DNA of 61,036 bases from an uncultured Lachnospiraceae bacterium (GTDB lineage Bacteria > Bacillota > Clostridia > Lachnospirales > Lachnospiraceae): positions 64,001 to 125,036 of the forward strand of contig CBFFWQ010000011.1 of the NCBI GenBank assembly GCA_965645705.1, read 5' to 3'. Numbering within the stretch: position 1 is the stretch's first letter; every line of letters starts with the position of its first letter. Below are positions 60,876-61,036 of this stretch, in pieces. The notes under the pieces are model-generated. The model worked only from the letters and a program-made list of their open reading frames with translations. It had not been told where the DNA came from and ran no database searches. Position numbers and translations under genes: made by a program.

Positions 60876-61036
60876 CTCTAAACAACACCTACTTTCATCT
60901 AAAGGACTACATGCACAAGTCAGGAACTAAAGGAATGCCCAATCTCATACGCTGAACTATACTAAAGAACGATAAATATTTCCTAAAATTTTATAAAAGA
61001 TATGGAATATCTGAGTTATTTATGGTAAACTATAGG

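Noticed and set aside
1-61036. Possibility that TAG is reassigned, since CTTTAG is abundant on the coding strand.
   Set aside because: In every case checked the motif is read as xCT-TTA-Gxx or x-TTT-AGG, never with TAG in frame, and the ORFs end normally at TAA/TAG/TGA.
1-61036. Pro-Leu-Asp enrichment as a purely protein-level explanation of the CTAAAG motif.
   Set aside because: The motif is at least as dense in non-coding spacers, and the same codons are used every time, so a DNA- or RNA-level signal is more likely.
1-61036. CRISPR arrays, tRNA and rRNA genes.
   Set aside because: No regularly spaced direct repeats, no tRNA-like T-arm (GTTCGAATC-type) motifs and no rRNA-like GC-rich conserved blocks were seen.

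Overview
This is an AT-rich window of about 61 kb, probably low-GC Firmicutes, in which essentially every gene (about 55 ORFs) lies on the minus strand in one tightly packed co-directional array. The only plus-strand gene is the transposase of an inserted IS1182-like element at 9058-10939. The window looks like an internal segment of a large conjugative or integrative mobile element or megaplasmid, with a big phage not excluded; no integrase, relaxase, rRNA, tRNA or CRISPR array is visible. Recognisable products include: a truncated giant DNA methyltransferase/SNF2-like helicase fusion at the left edge; a WXG100-like small protein; many lipoproteins and secreted surface proteins (a six-repeat Big_2 protein and a transglutaminase-like enzyme); a PARG-like macrodomain protein; a sigma-70 family factor followed by a receiver-like protein; a dedicated signal peptidase I; a CHC2 zinc-finger primase-like protein; a divergent Hsp70 next to an autoinhibited Fic AMPylase; a DnaB-like ATPase and a DEAH helicase; a GreA-family factor; a NERD-domain protein and an HRDC-domain protein; a SleB-like and a large NlpC/P60-containing wall hydrolase; and a VirB4-like ATPase. 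Two dispersed DNA-level signals stand out beyond the gene content. The first is a heptamer, CTAAAG(G) on the plus strand (CCTTTAG on the coding/mRNA strand), that is strongly over-represented and strand-specific in both genes and intergenic spacers, and absent from the IS. The second is a conserved 12-13-mer, TATACTCACGAAC, present as inverted pairs or single copies in at least seven intergenic regions. All functional calls come from motifs read by eye; no database search was run.
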